A stretch of 64,000 nt of DNA from contig CM059432.1 in assembly GCA_030390025.1 (NCBI GenBank), forward strand, positions 78,060,001 through 78,124,000, in the 5' to 3' direction. This document shows, in pieces, positions 1 through 12,480 of the stretch. A program made the position numbers and the translations under genes. The stretch comes from Squalus acanthias (taxonomy: Eukaryota). Each line of letters opens with the position of its first letter. Positions within the stretch are counted from its first letter, which is position 1. The notes beneath the pieces are model-generated. The model was not told the origin of the DNA and did not search any database. It worked only from the letters and a program-made list of their open reading frames with translations.

Positions 1-997
1 GGCGACTTATCCACTCTAAGCATACCCAGCCTTTCTAGTACATCCTGTCTATCAATTTTCACCCCTTCTATTTCTTCTACCTTTTCCACTTCTACCGATA
101 TTTTGTCAGCATACGCCTCCTTAGTAAACACCGATACAAAGTACTCATTGAGTATTCTAGCTTTGCCCTGCACCTCTAAGCATATAACACCTTCTTTGTC
201 GCTAATAGGCTCCACCCCGCCTCTTACTACCCGCTTACTGTTTACATGCCAGTAGAAGATTTTTGGGTTCCCTTTTATGTTATCTGCCATTCTGCTCTCA
301 TATTCTCTCTTTGCCAATCTTATTTTCATCTTCACTTCCCCTCTCAACTTATTGTATTTGATCTGGTTCTCCCTTGAAGAATTCACCTGACATGCATCAT
401 ACACCCTCTTTTTTTGTTTCATCATCTTCTCTATCTCCCTCATCATCTTGCTTTGGTTCCCTTACCCTTCCCTCTTGTTGGAATGTACCTAGCCTGTAAT
501 TGGAACATCTCCCTCTTAAAGATCATCCATTGTTCCGTTACAGTTTTTCCTGTCAATCTTTGGTTCCATTTTACCCTGGCTAGATTCTTTCGCATCCCAT
601 TGAAGTTAGCCCTATTCCAGTTTAGAAGTTCCATTCTAGATTGTTCCTTGCTCCTCTCCATTGCTAATCTAAATCTTATGATATGATGATCACTCATACC
701 CAAGTGTTCTCCCACAGACACTTGGTCGACCTGGCCCACCTCATTCCCCAGCACCAGATCCAGCAATGCCTCCTTCCTAGTTTGGCCAAGAACATAGTGG
801 TCAAGGAAATTCTCCCGAACACATTTCAGAAATTTCTCCCCCTCCTTTCCATTTACCCTAGCATTATCCCAATCGATATTTGGGTAATTAAAGTCCCCCA
901 ATATCACCACTCTATAGCTCTTGCATATCTCTGCGATTTCCCTGCAAATTTGCTCCTCTACCTCCCTCTCACTATTTGGAGGCCTATAGAATACCCC
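1..997 (-). mobile_element. CR1 LINE ORF2 fragment (APE endonuclease C-terminus and linker), truncated by the window start
   Basis: ORF 443..910(-) has the APE motifs ILGDFNYPNIDW, LLDLVL and SDH; YRPP lies upstream. It is an inverted, same-subfamily match to 47960-48811. Confidence 0.9.
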
Positions 998-2089
998 TTT
1001 CTTTCTTTATAACTGCGCACACCTACAGGGTAGAAACTGGACTTCACTGTACCTGTTGCTGCCTACAGATTGTGCATTTTGTTGGAGCAGATAAAATCAA
1101 GTAGAGATATTAGGTTCTTGGAGCTGTCAAAGAGCAAATTAAATGTAACTTTTCATTGTCTCATTGGCCCTTTTGGTGGGTGTTTGTGGTGCAGCTTGCG
1201 GTGTGGTGTGGTGTGATGCAGTTGTCCTAAATTAAAGCAGACCATAACAGATTGGAGCCCCCCCCCCCCCCCCGCCATCCCCAGTATATTAATCTTTAGT
1301 ACCATTTTATCAATCATATTAATCATTCCACCTATTTATGCTACCCAATGACTCTGGCTTGGTCTCATGATTCACAACTCAATATATCAACCTATTAGTT
1401 CTTAGTTTCAAAGAACCTGGCCTATGCAGACCATATAAGATCAGAATTGAGTACTGGTCCACATTTAATGTAATTTTCAATTGACATATATATTGAATTA
1501 TTGTATTCATCAATCTTATTAGTCCGCTGTTCACTGGTATTTGAGTTACACTGGAATACGTTTTGTGAGAATTTTGACAATAAGTTTATTCAGAAACAAA
1601 TCTGCTAAATTACGATAAACCAGAATTTAGCTACACCACCATATTTATCAAGAACCCAAGGCTATGTTATCCAGTGTGCAAGTTTAAAGGTTATTTTTGC
1701 AGTAATTACAATATACACAAACAACGCAAAGTTACTGAACAACTGTAAAACCAATATTTTCTGTATTCCCATGTTGCATGATATTCTCCCAACAGTGTTA
1801 TAAACTGAGTTAACCAATTGAAAGGTCCACAGCATCTTAGAAATTCAGCAGCGTAACATCTGAGAATAACCAACTTGAGATTTGTAAACAAAGGTGGCTT
1901 AAGCAATTAAAAAAATAATTGGGGAAATGTTTATCCTGCTCAATATGTGATGAATAACAAATTCGTAATCAATGTGCAAGGTTTTTCAGTAGACAGAAAT
2001 TGTGCATGGTGCTGAACTCCATGACCAATTCCAGACATGAGCCCCTGTCGCACAAAGCTCTGTGTGCACAGTTATAAATTTGCAAAATC

Positions 2090-4963
2090 ATAGGATCATA
2101 GAAATTTACGGCACAGAAGGAGGCCATTCGGCCCATCGTGTCTGCGCCAGTCGAAAAAGAGCTATCCAGCCTAATCCCACTTTCCAGCTCTTGGTCTGTA
2201 GCCTTGTAGGTTATGGCACTTCAAGTACATGTCCAAGTACTTTTTAAATGTGATGAGGGTTTCTGCCTCTACCACCCTTTCAGGCAGTGCAGTCCAGACC
2301 CCCACCATCCTCTGGGTGAAAAACTTCTCCTCAACTCCCCTCTAATCCTACTACTAATTACTTTAAATCTACGCCCGCTGGTTATTGACCTCTCTGCTAA
2401 TGGAAATAGGTGCCTGGCATCAGTAGTAGGGAAAATGCTAGAATCTATTACTAAGGACATGGTAACAGGGCACTTAGAAAATAATAACAGGATTAGGCAG
2501 AGTCAACACGGATTTATGAAAGGGAAATCGTGTTTGACAAATCTTTTAGAGTTTTTTGAGGTTGTATCTAGCAGAATAGATAATGGGGAACCAGTGGATG
2601 TGGTGTATTTGGATTTTCAGAAGGCATTCGATAAGGTGCCACACAAGAGGTTATTAAATAAAATTAGGGCTCATGGGATTGGGGGTAATATACTAGCATG
2701 GATTGGGGATTGGTTAACGGACAGAAAACAGAGAGTAGGAATAAATGGGTCATTTCGGGTTGGCAGGCTGTAACTAGTGGGGTACCGCAAGGATCAGTGC
2801 TTGGGCTTCAGCTATTCACAATCTACATCAATGATTTGGATGAGGGGACCAAATGTAATATATCCAAGTTTGCTGATGATACAAAGCTGGGTGGGAATGT
2901 AAGTTGTGAGTAGGATGCAAGGAGGCTTCAAGGGGATATAGACAGGCTAAGTGAGTGGGCAAGAACATGGCAAATGGAATATAATGTGGAGAAATGTGAA
3001 GTTATCCACTTTGGCAGGAAAAATAGAAAAGCAGTGTATTTTTTAAATGGTGAGAGATTGGGAAATGTTGGTGTTCAGAGGGACCTGGGTGTCCTTGTAC
3101 ATGAATCACTGAAAGTTAACATGCAGGTACAGCAAGCAATTAGGAAAGCAAATGGTATGTTGGCCTTTATTACAAGAGGATTTGAGTATAAGAGTAAAGA
3201 CGTCTTACTGCAAATATAATGGGCCCTGGTGAGACCACACCTGAAGTATTGTGTACAGTTTTGGTCTCCTTACCTAAGGAAGGATATACTTGCCATAGAG
3301 GGAGTGCAACGAAGGTTCACCAGACTGGTTCCTGGGATGGGGGGATTGTCCTATGAGGAGGGATTGAGTAGATTAGGCCTATATTCTCTCGAGTTTAGAA
3401 GAATGAGAGGTGATCTCATTGAAACATACAAAATTCTTACAGGACTTGACAGGGTGGATGCAGGGAGGATATTTCCCCCGACTGGGGAGTCTAGAACCAG
3501 GGGTCACAGTCTCAGAATAAGGGGTCGGCCATTTAGGACTGAGATGAGGAGAAATTTCTTCACTCAGAGGGTGGTGAATCTTTGGAATTCTCTATCCCAG
3601 AGGGCTGTGGAGACTCAGTCATTGAGTATATTCAACACAGAGATCGATAGATTTTTGAATATTAAGGGAATCAAGGGATATGGGGATAGTGCAGGAGACT
3701 GAAGATGAGGTAGAGACTGAAGATGAGGTAGAGGATCAGCCATGATCTTATTGAATGGCGGAGAAGGCTCGAAGGGCCAAATGGCCTACTCCTGCTCCTA
3801 TTTCTTATGTTCTTATCCACTCTATCTCGGCCCTTCATAATTTTATACACCTCACTTAAGCCTTCCCTCAGCCTCCTCTGTTCCAAACAGAGCCAATCCT
3901 ATCCAACCCCAGCCTCTCCAATCTTTCCTCATAGCTAAAATTCACCAGTCCTGGCAACATCCTTATAAATCGCCTCTGGACACTCTCTAGTGCAATCACA
4001 TCTTTCCTGTAATGTGGTGACCAGAACTGTATGCAGTACTCTAGCTGTAGCCTAACTAGTGTTTTATACAATTCTAGCATAACCTCTCTGCTCTTATATT
4101 CTATGCCTCGGGTAATAAAGGAAAGTATCCCATATGCCTTCTTAACCACCTTATCTACCTGTCCTACCTTCAGGGATCTGTGGACATGCACTCTAAGGTC
4201 CCTCTGTTCTTCTACATTTCTCAGTATCCTACCATTTATTGTATATTCCCTCTCCAAATGCATTAACTCAGACTTCTCCGGATTGAATTCCATTTGCCAC
4301 TTTTCTGCCCACCTGACCAGTCCATTGATATCTACCTGCAGCCTACAGCTATCTTCCTCACTGTCAACCACACAGCCAATTTTTGTATCATCTGCAAACT
4401 TCTTAATCATGCCCCCTACATTGAAGTCTAAATCAATGATATATACCACAAAAAGCAAGGGACCTAGTACTGAGCCCTGTGGAACGCCACTGGAAACAGC
4501 CTTCCAGTCATAAAAACACACGTCGACCATTACCCTTTGCTTCCTGCCATTGAGCCATTTTTGGATCCAACTTGCCACTTTCCCTTGGATCCCATGGGCT
4601 TTTACTTTTCTGACCAATCTGCCATGTGGGACCTTGTCAAAGGCCTTGCTAAAATCGATGTAGACTATATCAAATGTGCTACCCTCATCAACCCTCCTTG
4701 TTACCTCCTCAAAAAATGTAATCAAATTAATCAGACATGACCTTCCCTTAACAAATCCATGCTGACTGTCCTTTATTAATCCATGACTTTCTAAATGATG
4801 ATTTATACTGTCCCTCAGAATTTTTTGCAATAATTTTCCCACCACCGAGGTTAGGCTGACTGGCCTGTAATTACTCGGTCTATCCCTTTCTCCCTTATTA
4901 AACAATGGCACAAGGTTAGCAGTCCTCCAGTCCTCTGGCATCACGCCTGTAGCCAGAGAGGAT
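2090..4963 (-). mobile_element. 5'-truncated CR1 LINE (RT and 3' end), split into 2090-2411 and 3813-4963 by another CR1
   Basis: ORF 3868..5004(-) has RT motifs ([45 protein letters not shown]). The 3' tail with hairpin is at 2090-2140, and the two halves read contiguously across the insert. Confidence 0.85.
2412..3812 (+). mobile_element. 5'-truncated CR1 LINE (RT domain with stops, 3' UTR and (TTCTTATG)n-type tail)
   Basis: ORFs 2213..2773, 2698..2913, 2974..3219 and 3229..3702 give consecutive CR1 RT and C-terminal motifs; the element ends with ...cctatttcttatgttctt. Confidence 0.92.
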
Positions 4964-5499
4964 CTACTGCACGTGTCACAGAGAACCCCTTGGAAAATGC
5001 CCATCTTACTATAGCGTTATTTCTCTCCTCAAAATATAAATTATAAATTAATCTCACAACTTCTGGAAGGACCTCTTATGTCTTCAACACTAGGAACATG
5101 TAATTCTGAACTGATAGGCACTCTTGTTTCCCCCTTACCCCAGTGCTAGTTTTTTTTGTTGCAAATATCCAGGTCATCTCGTTAACCCAATTGTGAACCC
5201 CCTCCCCACACAGCAGACAAATGCTGTGTCATCTGAGATAAGTCTACCAGAAATGCCTGTCAGAACACTCCTATATGCAGATGCTGAATTAACACCACTT
5301 GCCCTTCTTTGATCTGCAGCTCCATCAACCAATATCAGCTTTTTAAGGTCCTTTTTTCCTTTTTTTTTGGTCTGGTTATGCTTCCTTGGTACATTGCTTC
5401 TTTTTGTTTTACTTGTTTTATTATCCAGACCCAACTTCACCTCTCTTTCTGTCAAATCTCTTCTGGCCCTACTTTGTCCCTCCCCTTTCTCTTCTATCC

Positions 5500-5722
5500 C
5501 AGTGTAGTGGTTATAGTACTAGACATCCCAAAGGTTGTGAGTTCAAATTGTACCATGGAAAGTTGTGAAATATAATTCAATAAATCAGGTAAATTATGTG
5601 ACATCAAAGCTGCTGGATTGTTCTAAAAAAAACTGCTTAGTTTATATCCTACATGTAACCCACGTTATACCCAAACAATAGCCTGACACAGTTGTACTCA
5701 GAATCATATCTATCAGCCAACT
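5500..5722 (+). mobile_element. Degenerate tRNA-like head followed by the start of a LINE APE domain
   Basis: A-box-like gtagtggtta and B-box-like gagttcaaat are present, with similarity to 51141-51330. Bases 5672-5722 read as KQ*PDTVVL/ESYLSAN, resembling the PDIVILTE motif of an APE N-terminus. Confidence 0.5.
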
Positions 5723-5979
5723 TCCCCAGCCTGTTCCATCACCATTCCTGTGCCATTAGCAGATCCACCAGTGTCTGCACTCTTACAAACAGTGGATCTG
5801 CCATGTATACGTTCTTCAGTTCAGTGGCGTCAGTCACTTCTGTAAACAGCCCAAGCATCACACTTTTATGGGAATTTACTCTAAAATCCCTCCTCCCTTT
5901 CCTTAAAATCCTTATTGTCCTTCTAAATCTGCTGGAACCTTCTCCGTTGAAACATCTTCCTTTCTCTCATCACTCAGCC

Positions 5980-6175
5980 TTTGCAGCAAGCGACTCCTCA
6001 TCCTCTGTGATTTCAACCTTCAGCCATCGAACCCTACATCAATCTCCAATCCCCCTGGAACATATCATCGCTATCTAGCCCTGTACTTACCTCTCCAATC
6101 ACTCCTTATTCAAATTCCTTCAGTCTGGTTTCCAGCCTGCGCAGAGCACCAAGACTGCCTCAGAGAAAGCTCCCA
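5980..6175 (+). mobile_element. Degenerate L2 LINE fragments
   Basis: cgactcctcatcctctgtgatttcaac resembles RLLILGDFN; cagtctggtttccagcctgcgcagagcaccaagactgcc resembles QSGFRPxHSTETA. Confidence 0.55.
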
Positions 6176-6792
6176 CATCCATCCCTCATACTGCCGTGTA
6201 GCAGCTGTTGAGTACTCCCTCAGCATAGCCATCTGTTTGGAGGCAGACTGCAGAACTGCAATGAGGTCATTCAACCCCTGCATCAGGGTGCTGGTGAAAT
6301 CATACAGATATTGGAGCCTGTGGTCTCTATAACATCAGTTATACCTGAGAGAAAACACATCTGTGGTTAGCATTTTGGTTAAGTGGGCTTCCCCTGCAAA
6401 TACCCCCGAGGTGTCACATGGTCCATGGTAGACTGCAGTTCTATGAAGCGGTCAAACGTTACTGCTCAGATCTGGGTCATGCTCTTCTCCATACTAGCTG
6501 TTATACTTTGCAAGATTATTTACACACTCTCAAATGACTCAGTGAGATGATGGTGTGATGTGAAAGTAGCCATCTTTTGTAGATAAGTCCTGGATGGCAC
6601 CAATCCCAGAACTCAGCATCTGAGGGTAGCCTGGAGCTGGCACCCTGGCCAACTTCTTCCTGCCCCTCTGCTGCCACTTACACTTACTCCTCCTTACTCA
6701 TGCCATATTTCACCCTGTGCTGCTTTTTCTAAAATTTGTTTTGGGATGTGTGTGATACTGGTATACCCACATTTACTGCCCTACTCTAAGTC

Positions 6793-7105
6793 TAACATAA
6801 ATACTGTGGCAACAAAAGCAGGTCAGAGGCTGGGTATTCTGCGGCGAGTGTCTCACCTCTTGACTCCCCAAAGCCTTTCCACCATCTACAAGGCACAAGT
6901 CAGGAGAGTGATGGAATACTTGCCACTTGCCTGGATGAGTGCAGCTCCAACGACACTCAAGAAGCTCGACACCATCCAAGACAAAGCATCCTGCTTGATC
7001 GGCACCCCATCCATCACCTTAAACATTCACTCCCTCCACCACTGGCATACCGTGACTGCAGTGTGTACCATCTACAAGATGCACTGTAGCAACTCGTCAA
7101 GGCTT
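6793..7105 (+). mobile_element. LINE ORF2 C-terminal fragment (CR1/L2 group, probably the family of 25025, 28040 and 51141)
   Basis: ORF 6746..7213 contains KAGQRLGILRRVSHLLTPQSLSTIYKAQVRRVMEY...KLDTIQDKA, a typical post-RT region. Confidence 0.8.
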
Positions 7106-8312
7106 GGCAACCCCATGATATTTGAAGTGATATTATCCTGGAAATTTAGGGGCTTAGGATTGGGTGTGCACCCTCCAGCTGTCAGCCTTACTGGTTATAC
7201 ACATCATCACTAAGAACTTTCCTTGAAGGTGAAAGGTGTGTCCTTCATGAATATGTCTTGCCGCATGCTTGTATTAGAGAGACCAAAGGGTGCCATTAAG
7301 ATAAGGAAATATCCCATATGAATATGCAGCTGGTTGAGATGAAAGTGGGTGTGTGAGTGTGTCATGTCAGAGCAGAACACTGTAAAGACACATACAGGAA
7401 AAGATATAGAATGACCTGTAGAATGCTAAGGTGGGGATCAAGAAATGGTTAAAAGGCAGATGTGATATGCACAGCCAACAAAAGGAGCATAATGAGAGAT
7501 ATAATATATCCCCAACATCAATGACAAATGTTATGCATGCTAACGATACAGTGAAATGCATGCAAATCAGTAACCAAATTGTCACAGGATAAAGAACATT
7601 AGATGCTATCAGAACTTCAGATGAGGATATTGTCAGTGTAATATATTAACAATAAGTATGACAGTTGACTTAGTGGGCGTATAAAAAGACAATGAAAATT
7701 TACTGTCAATGCTTACTCTTATTTTAAAATCTCGTAAACAACTACTCTTGTCGTGAACTGTGTTTTGATAGATTGAGCAAACCACCTCAAGAGGTTCCAT
7801 ATGTCTAGTGTATCCAAGCCATGTGATCATCAGTGGAGCAAGGAACTAACGACAAATCCTGTCGCTGACACACATCAACATCACCATAGAAAATGAGGGA
7901 AGTTGTCAGGCCAGTTAAAAAATGACAGCAGCAATGTACATTTGTACCATTGAAGTTTATAGCACGAGGAGTCCATTTGGCCCATCGTGCCTGTGTCAGC
8001 AATGCTAGAGCAGTCCACAACTAAATGCACTGCTCTGTGCTCTCCCTTGTACTTGCCCCTGCTTCAAATATTTATTTATTTATTTATTTATTAAAAAATG
8101 CATTCCCGGGCTTCCTGGAACTCACCATTGAAACTAAGGCAAGAACACAAAAGCATATTCATGGGGCTCATTAAAATTCAGGCAAATACAGCAATAAATA
8201 CTCAGTGCTCACAGCTGCTTTCTTACCTACCGCTGGGAAAGGGTTTGTTCAGAGTACTTGTGGTAAGTGGTTAGTTTCTACACTTTGGATGATTTGAGAC
8301 TCAGATCAGGAC

Positions 8313-9461
8313 GTGTGGCACCTTGGCTGCCTTAGATTGGACTTGGATGAAGTTCAAGATGACCATCAGCAGCAACAGCCTGATGCTGAGAGACCTGCAG
8401 GTGGTGAGCAGAGAGGAGAGCACCAGCAGCAACAGCCTGCTGTTAAGAGACCCGCAGATGGTGAGCAGAGAGGGGGGCAGCAGAGAGGGGGGGGGGGCAG
8501 CAGAGGGGTTGAGCTCGCAGGAGGCACTACCCACGTAACAGGGTGTACAGGCAGAGGCTCAGCTTCCTAGACCCTCTCTGAAGAGCAGTGCTTCCGGAGG
8601 CTGAGGTTGTCGCATCAGGTGGTGGCAGACATCAACAGCCTCCTTGAAGAAGACCTGCTCCCTACTGGGCCTGGTGGCCACACATCACCAGTGGCTGTGA
8701 AAGTGACCACTGCTCTCAACCTTTTTGCCTCCGGATCCTTCCAGGGCACTGCTGGAGACATATGCAAGATCTCCCAGTCGGGTGCACACAAATGCATAAG
8801 GCAGGTCACGGATGGGATGTTTGCCAGTTCCGACAATTATGTCAACTTCGTCTGTGATGATGTCAGTCAGAATGAGTGGGCGCTCGGGTTTGCGTCTCTG
8901 GCTGGCTTCCCACAGGTGCAGGGCGTCATCGACTGCACACACATGGCAATCCGCGCACCCCCAGATCAACCAGGAGTTCCACTCCATCAATGTGCAGCTG
9001 GTATGTAACCACATGTAAAGGTTTATGCAGATGTGCACTTGATTCCCAGGGAGCTGCCATGATACTTTCATCCTGTGGCAATCCAAGCTCCCTCTGTTCT
9101 TTGGAGCTGCAAGCAGACTTAAGGGATGGCTGCTAGGAGACAAAGAATAGCCCCTTCAAACTTGGCTGATGACACCCATGAGGAACCCAATTAATGAAGC
9201 CCAAGAGCGGACAACGAAAGCCATACGACCACCAGATGTGTCATTGAACAAGCGATCGGCATGCTCAAGATGTGCAGCAGCGAAGATTGGAGCTGCAGGA
9301 GGAACAAGGCGCTGAGCTGTCATCGTCTATGGATGAATCCTAGGAGGAGGAGGAGAAGGAGGAGGAGGAAGAGGAGGAAGATGCCAACCTCATCCAGCAC
9401 CAGCCGCTCACATTGCTGCCGGGAAACCAGGGGTTCCCTTATAGCTGTAAGGTTCAGTTAG
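8313..9461 (+). pseudogene. Harbinger (HARBI1-like) DDE transposase, frameshifted and internally deleted
   Basis: Motifs across several frames: [82 protein letters not shown], then an acidic tail. Confidence 0.88.
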
Positions 9462-9719
9462 TTACCATCACTGGACCGATGTAACAACCAGATCCAACAG
9501 TCACTCTCTCACCCACTCCCAATCCCACTGATACAGAGCAGTCCTGCTACCAACCAACCATCCATTGCACATTGGTTTCCATCAACTGATGCCTTCCCAT
9601 TCATCAATAAGCAACTGAAAAGGCGAGTTGCCACCCAGCAACCAAGAATATGGGAAAGTAGTGCAAAGTAATAAATTTTATGTGATTCTACTAAAGAATG
9701 GAAACTTAACAACATAACA

Positions 9720-11181
9720 TTTTGTCACACCCATGTGCATATCATTGTGCAACTAGAAAGCTAAGGTGTCTGTCATCCTATTTAAGGCTCCAGACATGTT
9801 GGCATCCAGAGTTTGCACGTCCGTGGTCAAGGCCTGCATGGACTCATTTGATTGCCGCGATTGATGTTCCAGAGTTGGCCACTCTATCCATGGAAGAAGA
9901 CATCCTCGCAATACCCTGTGACATCAACCTACTCATGCTTGAGCTGGACTCCTCTATACTCTGCAATCATGGACAGTGTGCATGGAAGGCCTGTCAGTAT
10001 GTTGCAGATTTTCTGCTGCCCCTCAATGATTATCCTTTTCATTGATGGGCCCCAGGGTACAGCATCTGTGTCCAGCGGGGCAGAGCTTGGAGATGGCTGC
10101 GCCCTCTGACGCAGACTCTCCATAGCTGTTCCTGTGAGTCACCAGGTGAAAATCCAACTCTCTGTCTAACTGGACCCACTGAAGTGCAAATATCTGCGCT
10201 GGTGCATGGCAAGCCTGTGACGGTGCACCCTCAGAAGGAATGAGCTCCTTTGAGGATTTGTCATTCGCGACATCCAGCAGCTGCTGCTGGACACGTGAAG
10301 GCCCTGGCGGAGAGAAAAGATATGAATTAGTACTGGCAAGGTAAGAATGTTGCAACTTAAGATGATCATATTTCACTCGCTCCTGAAATCAAGTCAACAT
10401 GACTGAGTGTTGTATGACATGCGGGTGGATGATATTGCATTCCGTCACCAGGTAGCTGGAAGGTCCCCATCTGCGATGACTAGAGACAACAAGACGCCAC
10501 TTAACTCCAGCACTGCCTCCTCTGCAGTTGTCAACTATGAGATCTATGGAGGACCACCTTCGGTTCTGTCCCTCTCCTTTGTGTTTTGCACTCTCTTCTA
10601 CAATAGGGGATAAGAACAGACTTATGAGAAACTGTAAATGACATGTGTTCACCCAATGGATGCAGTGCATTTGGTGAGGGTGACTATCAGGAAGAGCCAT
10701 CAAAGTGCATGAGGATGAGGGTGAGTGGCAGTGGTGGATGGATAGATGAGGATGTGAGGAAGTCCATAGAAAGAGAAGGATGAGTGCACTTGCAAGGTAA
10801 ATGGGCATGAGGAGTGATGTGCTGGAGTAGGCTTCACAAGGCAGAGTGAGGAGGGTGGGTTGCACACAGCAGGATGTAGGTGAATGTGTAACAATGCTCA
10901 CCTTTCATAACCTGGTTATGTAAATAAAGTGCATCCTGAAGCCAGGAACGTGGCACATAGCTCCTGCTGCTGATCTCCTGGGCCATCTCCAGCCACACCT
11001 TCTTTGTAACAGCAGCAGGTTTCTTCCTCCCGTTGCTAGGGAAGAGTATCTCTCTCTGCCTCCTCACTGCCCCCAGCAGTGCATCAAACGGGCTGTAATT
11101 AAAGCAGGGCAGAGCCTTTGAACATTCTGAGTCCAAATTTTGAAATTGCTGTCTCTGTGCCAAGCCTCCCAACTCCTCCAA
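9720..11181 (-). pseudogene. Harbinger Myb/SANT-like accessory gene, three exons, decayed
   Basis: Exon 1 reads FDALLGAVRRQREILFPSNGRKKP...WLEMAQEISSRSYVPRSWLQ, with GT donor gtgag at 10901-10897. Exon 2 (about 10598-10450) reads KRVQNTKERDRTEGGPP. Exon 3 runs down from about 10310. Confidence 0.75.
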
Positions 11182-11419
11182 ATTCCATCTTTAGATTGGC
11201 CCTTTAAATACTGGAGTTCCGTTTGCGTCATGCGGGTCCACACCACACCCGCATGTTCAATGCCAAACCTGGAAGTAAGATGATAATGAGGTGGCTGCAT
11301 TAAAATTCCACAGACAGACGCACTGAAATTACTTCCAGGTTTCCCATGTGATATCGTAACTCACCACTCCCAATGTGCCTCGAAGTTAATATCGGGGCTT
11401 TGGAGTACAGCACTCCCAA

Positions 11420-11743
11420 TCCCGCTATTTAAGAAAGGAGGGCGAGAGAAAACAGGGAAATACAGGCCAGTTAACCTGACATCAGTCATCGGGAAAATGC
11501 TGGAATCCATTATTAAGGAAGTGGTAACGGGGCACTTAGAAAATCATAATATGATTAGGCAGAGTCAACATGGTTTTATGAAAGGGAAATCGTATTTAAC
11601 AAATTTATTAGGGTGTTTGAGGATGTAACTAGCAGGGTAGATAAAGGGAAACCAGTGGATGTAGTATATTTGGATATTCAGTAAGGTGCCACATAAAAGG
11701 TTGTTATGCAAGATAAGGGCTCATGGGGTTGGGAGTAATAAAT
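11420..11743 (+). mobile_element. CR1 RT fragment
   Basis: Motifs PLFKKG, YRPVNLTSVIGK, QHGF and KVPHKRLL..IRAHG. Confidence 0.85.
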
Positions 11744-12146
11744 TATTAAAGCAGCGGCAGTGGCGAGAGGATAAAGATCAGCCTGAGAGCGGAGCTGAAT
11801 TAAAGCAGCGGCAGCGGCGAGAGGATAAAGAGCGGCCCGAGAGCGGAGCTGAATTAAAGAAGCGGCAGCGGCGAGAGGATAAAGAGCGGCCCGAGAGCGG
11901 ACCTGAATTAAAGCAGCGGCAGCGGCGAGAGGATAAAGAGCGGCCCGAGAGCAGAGCTGAATTAAAGCAGCGGCAGCGGCGAGAGGATAAAGAGCGGCCC
12001 GAGAGCGGAGCTGAATTAAAGCAGTGGCAGCGGCGAGAAGAAAAAGAGCGGCCCGAGAGCGGACCTGAATTAAAGCAGCGGCAGTGGAGAGAGGATAAAC
12101 AGCAGCCCGAGAGTGGACCTGAATTAAAACAGCGGCAGCGCCGAGA
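11744..12146 (+). repeat. Tandem array of a 54-bp unit (about 7.5 copies), probably the 5' UTR of the downstream CR1
   Basis: Unit GCTGAATTAAAGCAGCGGCAGCGGCGAGAGGATAAAGAGCGGCCCGAGAGCGGA; visible as an 18-aa repeat in ORF 11686..12183. Confidence 0.92.
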
Positions 12147-12226
12147 CTCCGATTCAAAAGCCACAAAAAAAATCAAAGAGTGATGTCACAGGAGAACAGG
12201 TAATGATTGGTTGGTGAGTATTACAG

Positions 12227-12460
12227 TGTTGTGGCTGCCGCGAAACACGAATTAAGGCCGAGTCAACATGTGAAACACATAGCTTTTAATCACATCTCTG
12301 CTCAAAATGGCTGCAGCCACATTTCTCTGCAAAAATCCAGAGGCCCCGCCCACTCCTTTTTTCCTGCCTTAAAGGCAAGGTGCCTTAAAGGCAAGGTGCC
12401 CGATTTATTGTCCACGGACGCAAAAGTGGATTGCGCCCGTTTAGGTGGCGATCCGCCACA
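12227..12460 (-). repeat. 3' LTR (234 bp, includes a 16-bp tandem duplication)
   Basis: Direct repeat of 16303-16520 with TG...CA ends; adjoins the PPT. Confidence 0.93.
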
Positions 12461-12473
12461 CAGCTCCCCCCAG
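12461..12473 (-). other. Polypurine tract
   Basis: The minus strand reads ctggggggagctg immediately before the 3' LTR. Confidence 0.75.
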
Positions 12474-12480
12474 AATCCGC

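Larger units (their letters stand above)
8100..11398. mobile_element. PIF/Harbinger transposon A (decayed), with convergent nuclease and Myb/SANT genes; left end not resolved
   Basis: A HARBI1-like nuclease lies on + and an exon-structured Myb/SANT gene on -. A candidate terminal repeat ...aatatcggggc is at about 11388-11398. Confidence 0.75.

Noticed and set aside
1053..1123. Candidate minus-strand host exon (ctttgacag ... gtacag)
   Set aside because: All three frames contain stops between these sites and no homology is recognised.
3697..3732. 18-bp tandem duplication in a CR1 3' UTR
   Set aside because: A local slippage event with no evident function.
11744..12146. CRISPR-like array or repeat-protein gene (ORFs 11678, 11686, 11778)
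   Set aside because: The units are head-to-tail with no unique spacers, there are no cas genes and the context is eukaryotic. The ORFs arise from a stop-free 54-bp unit.
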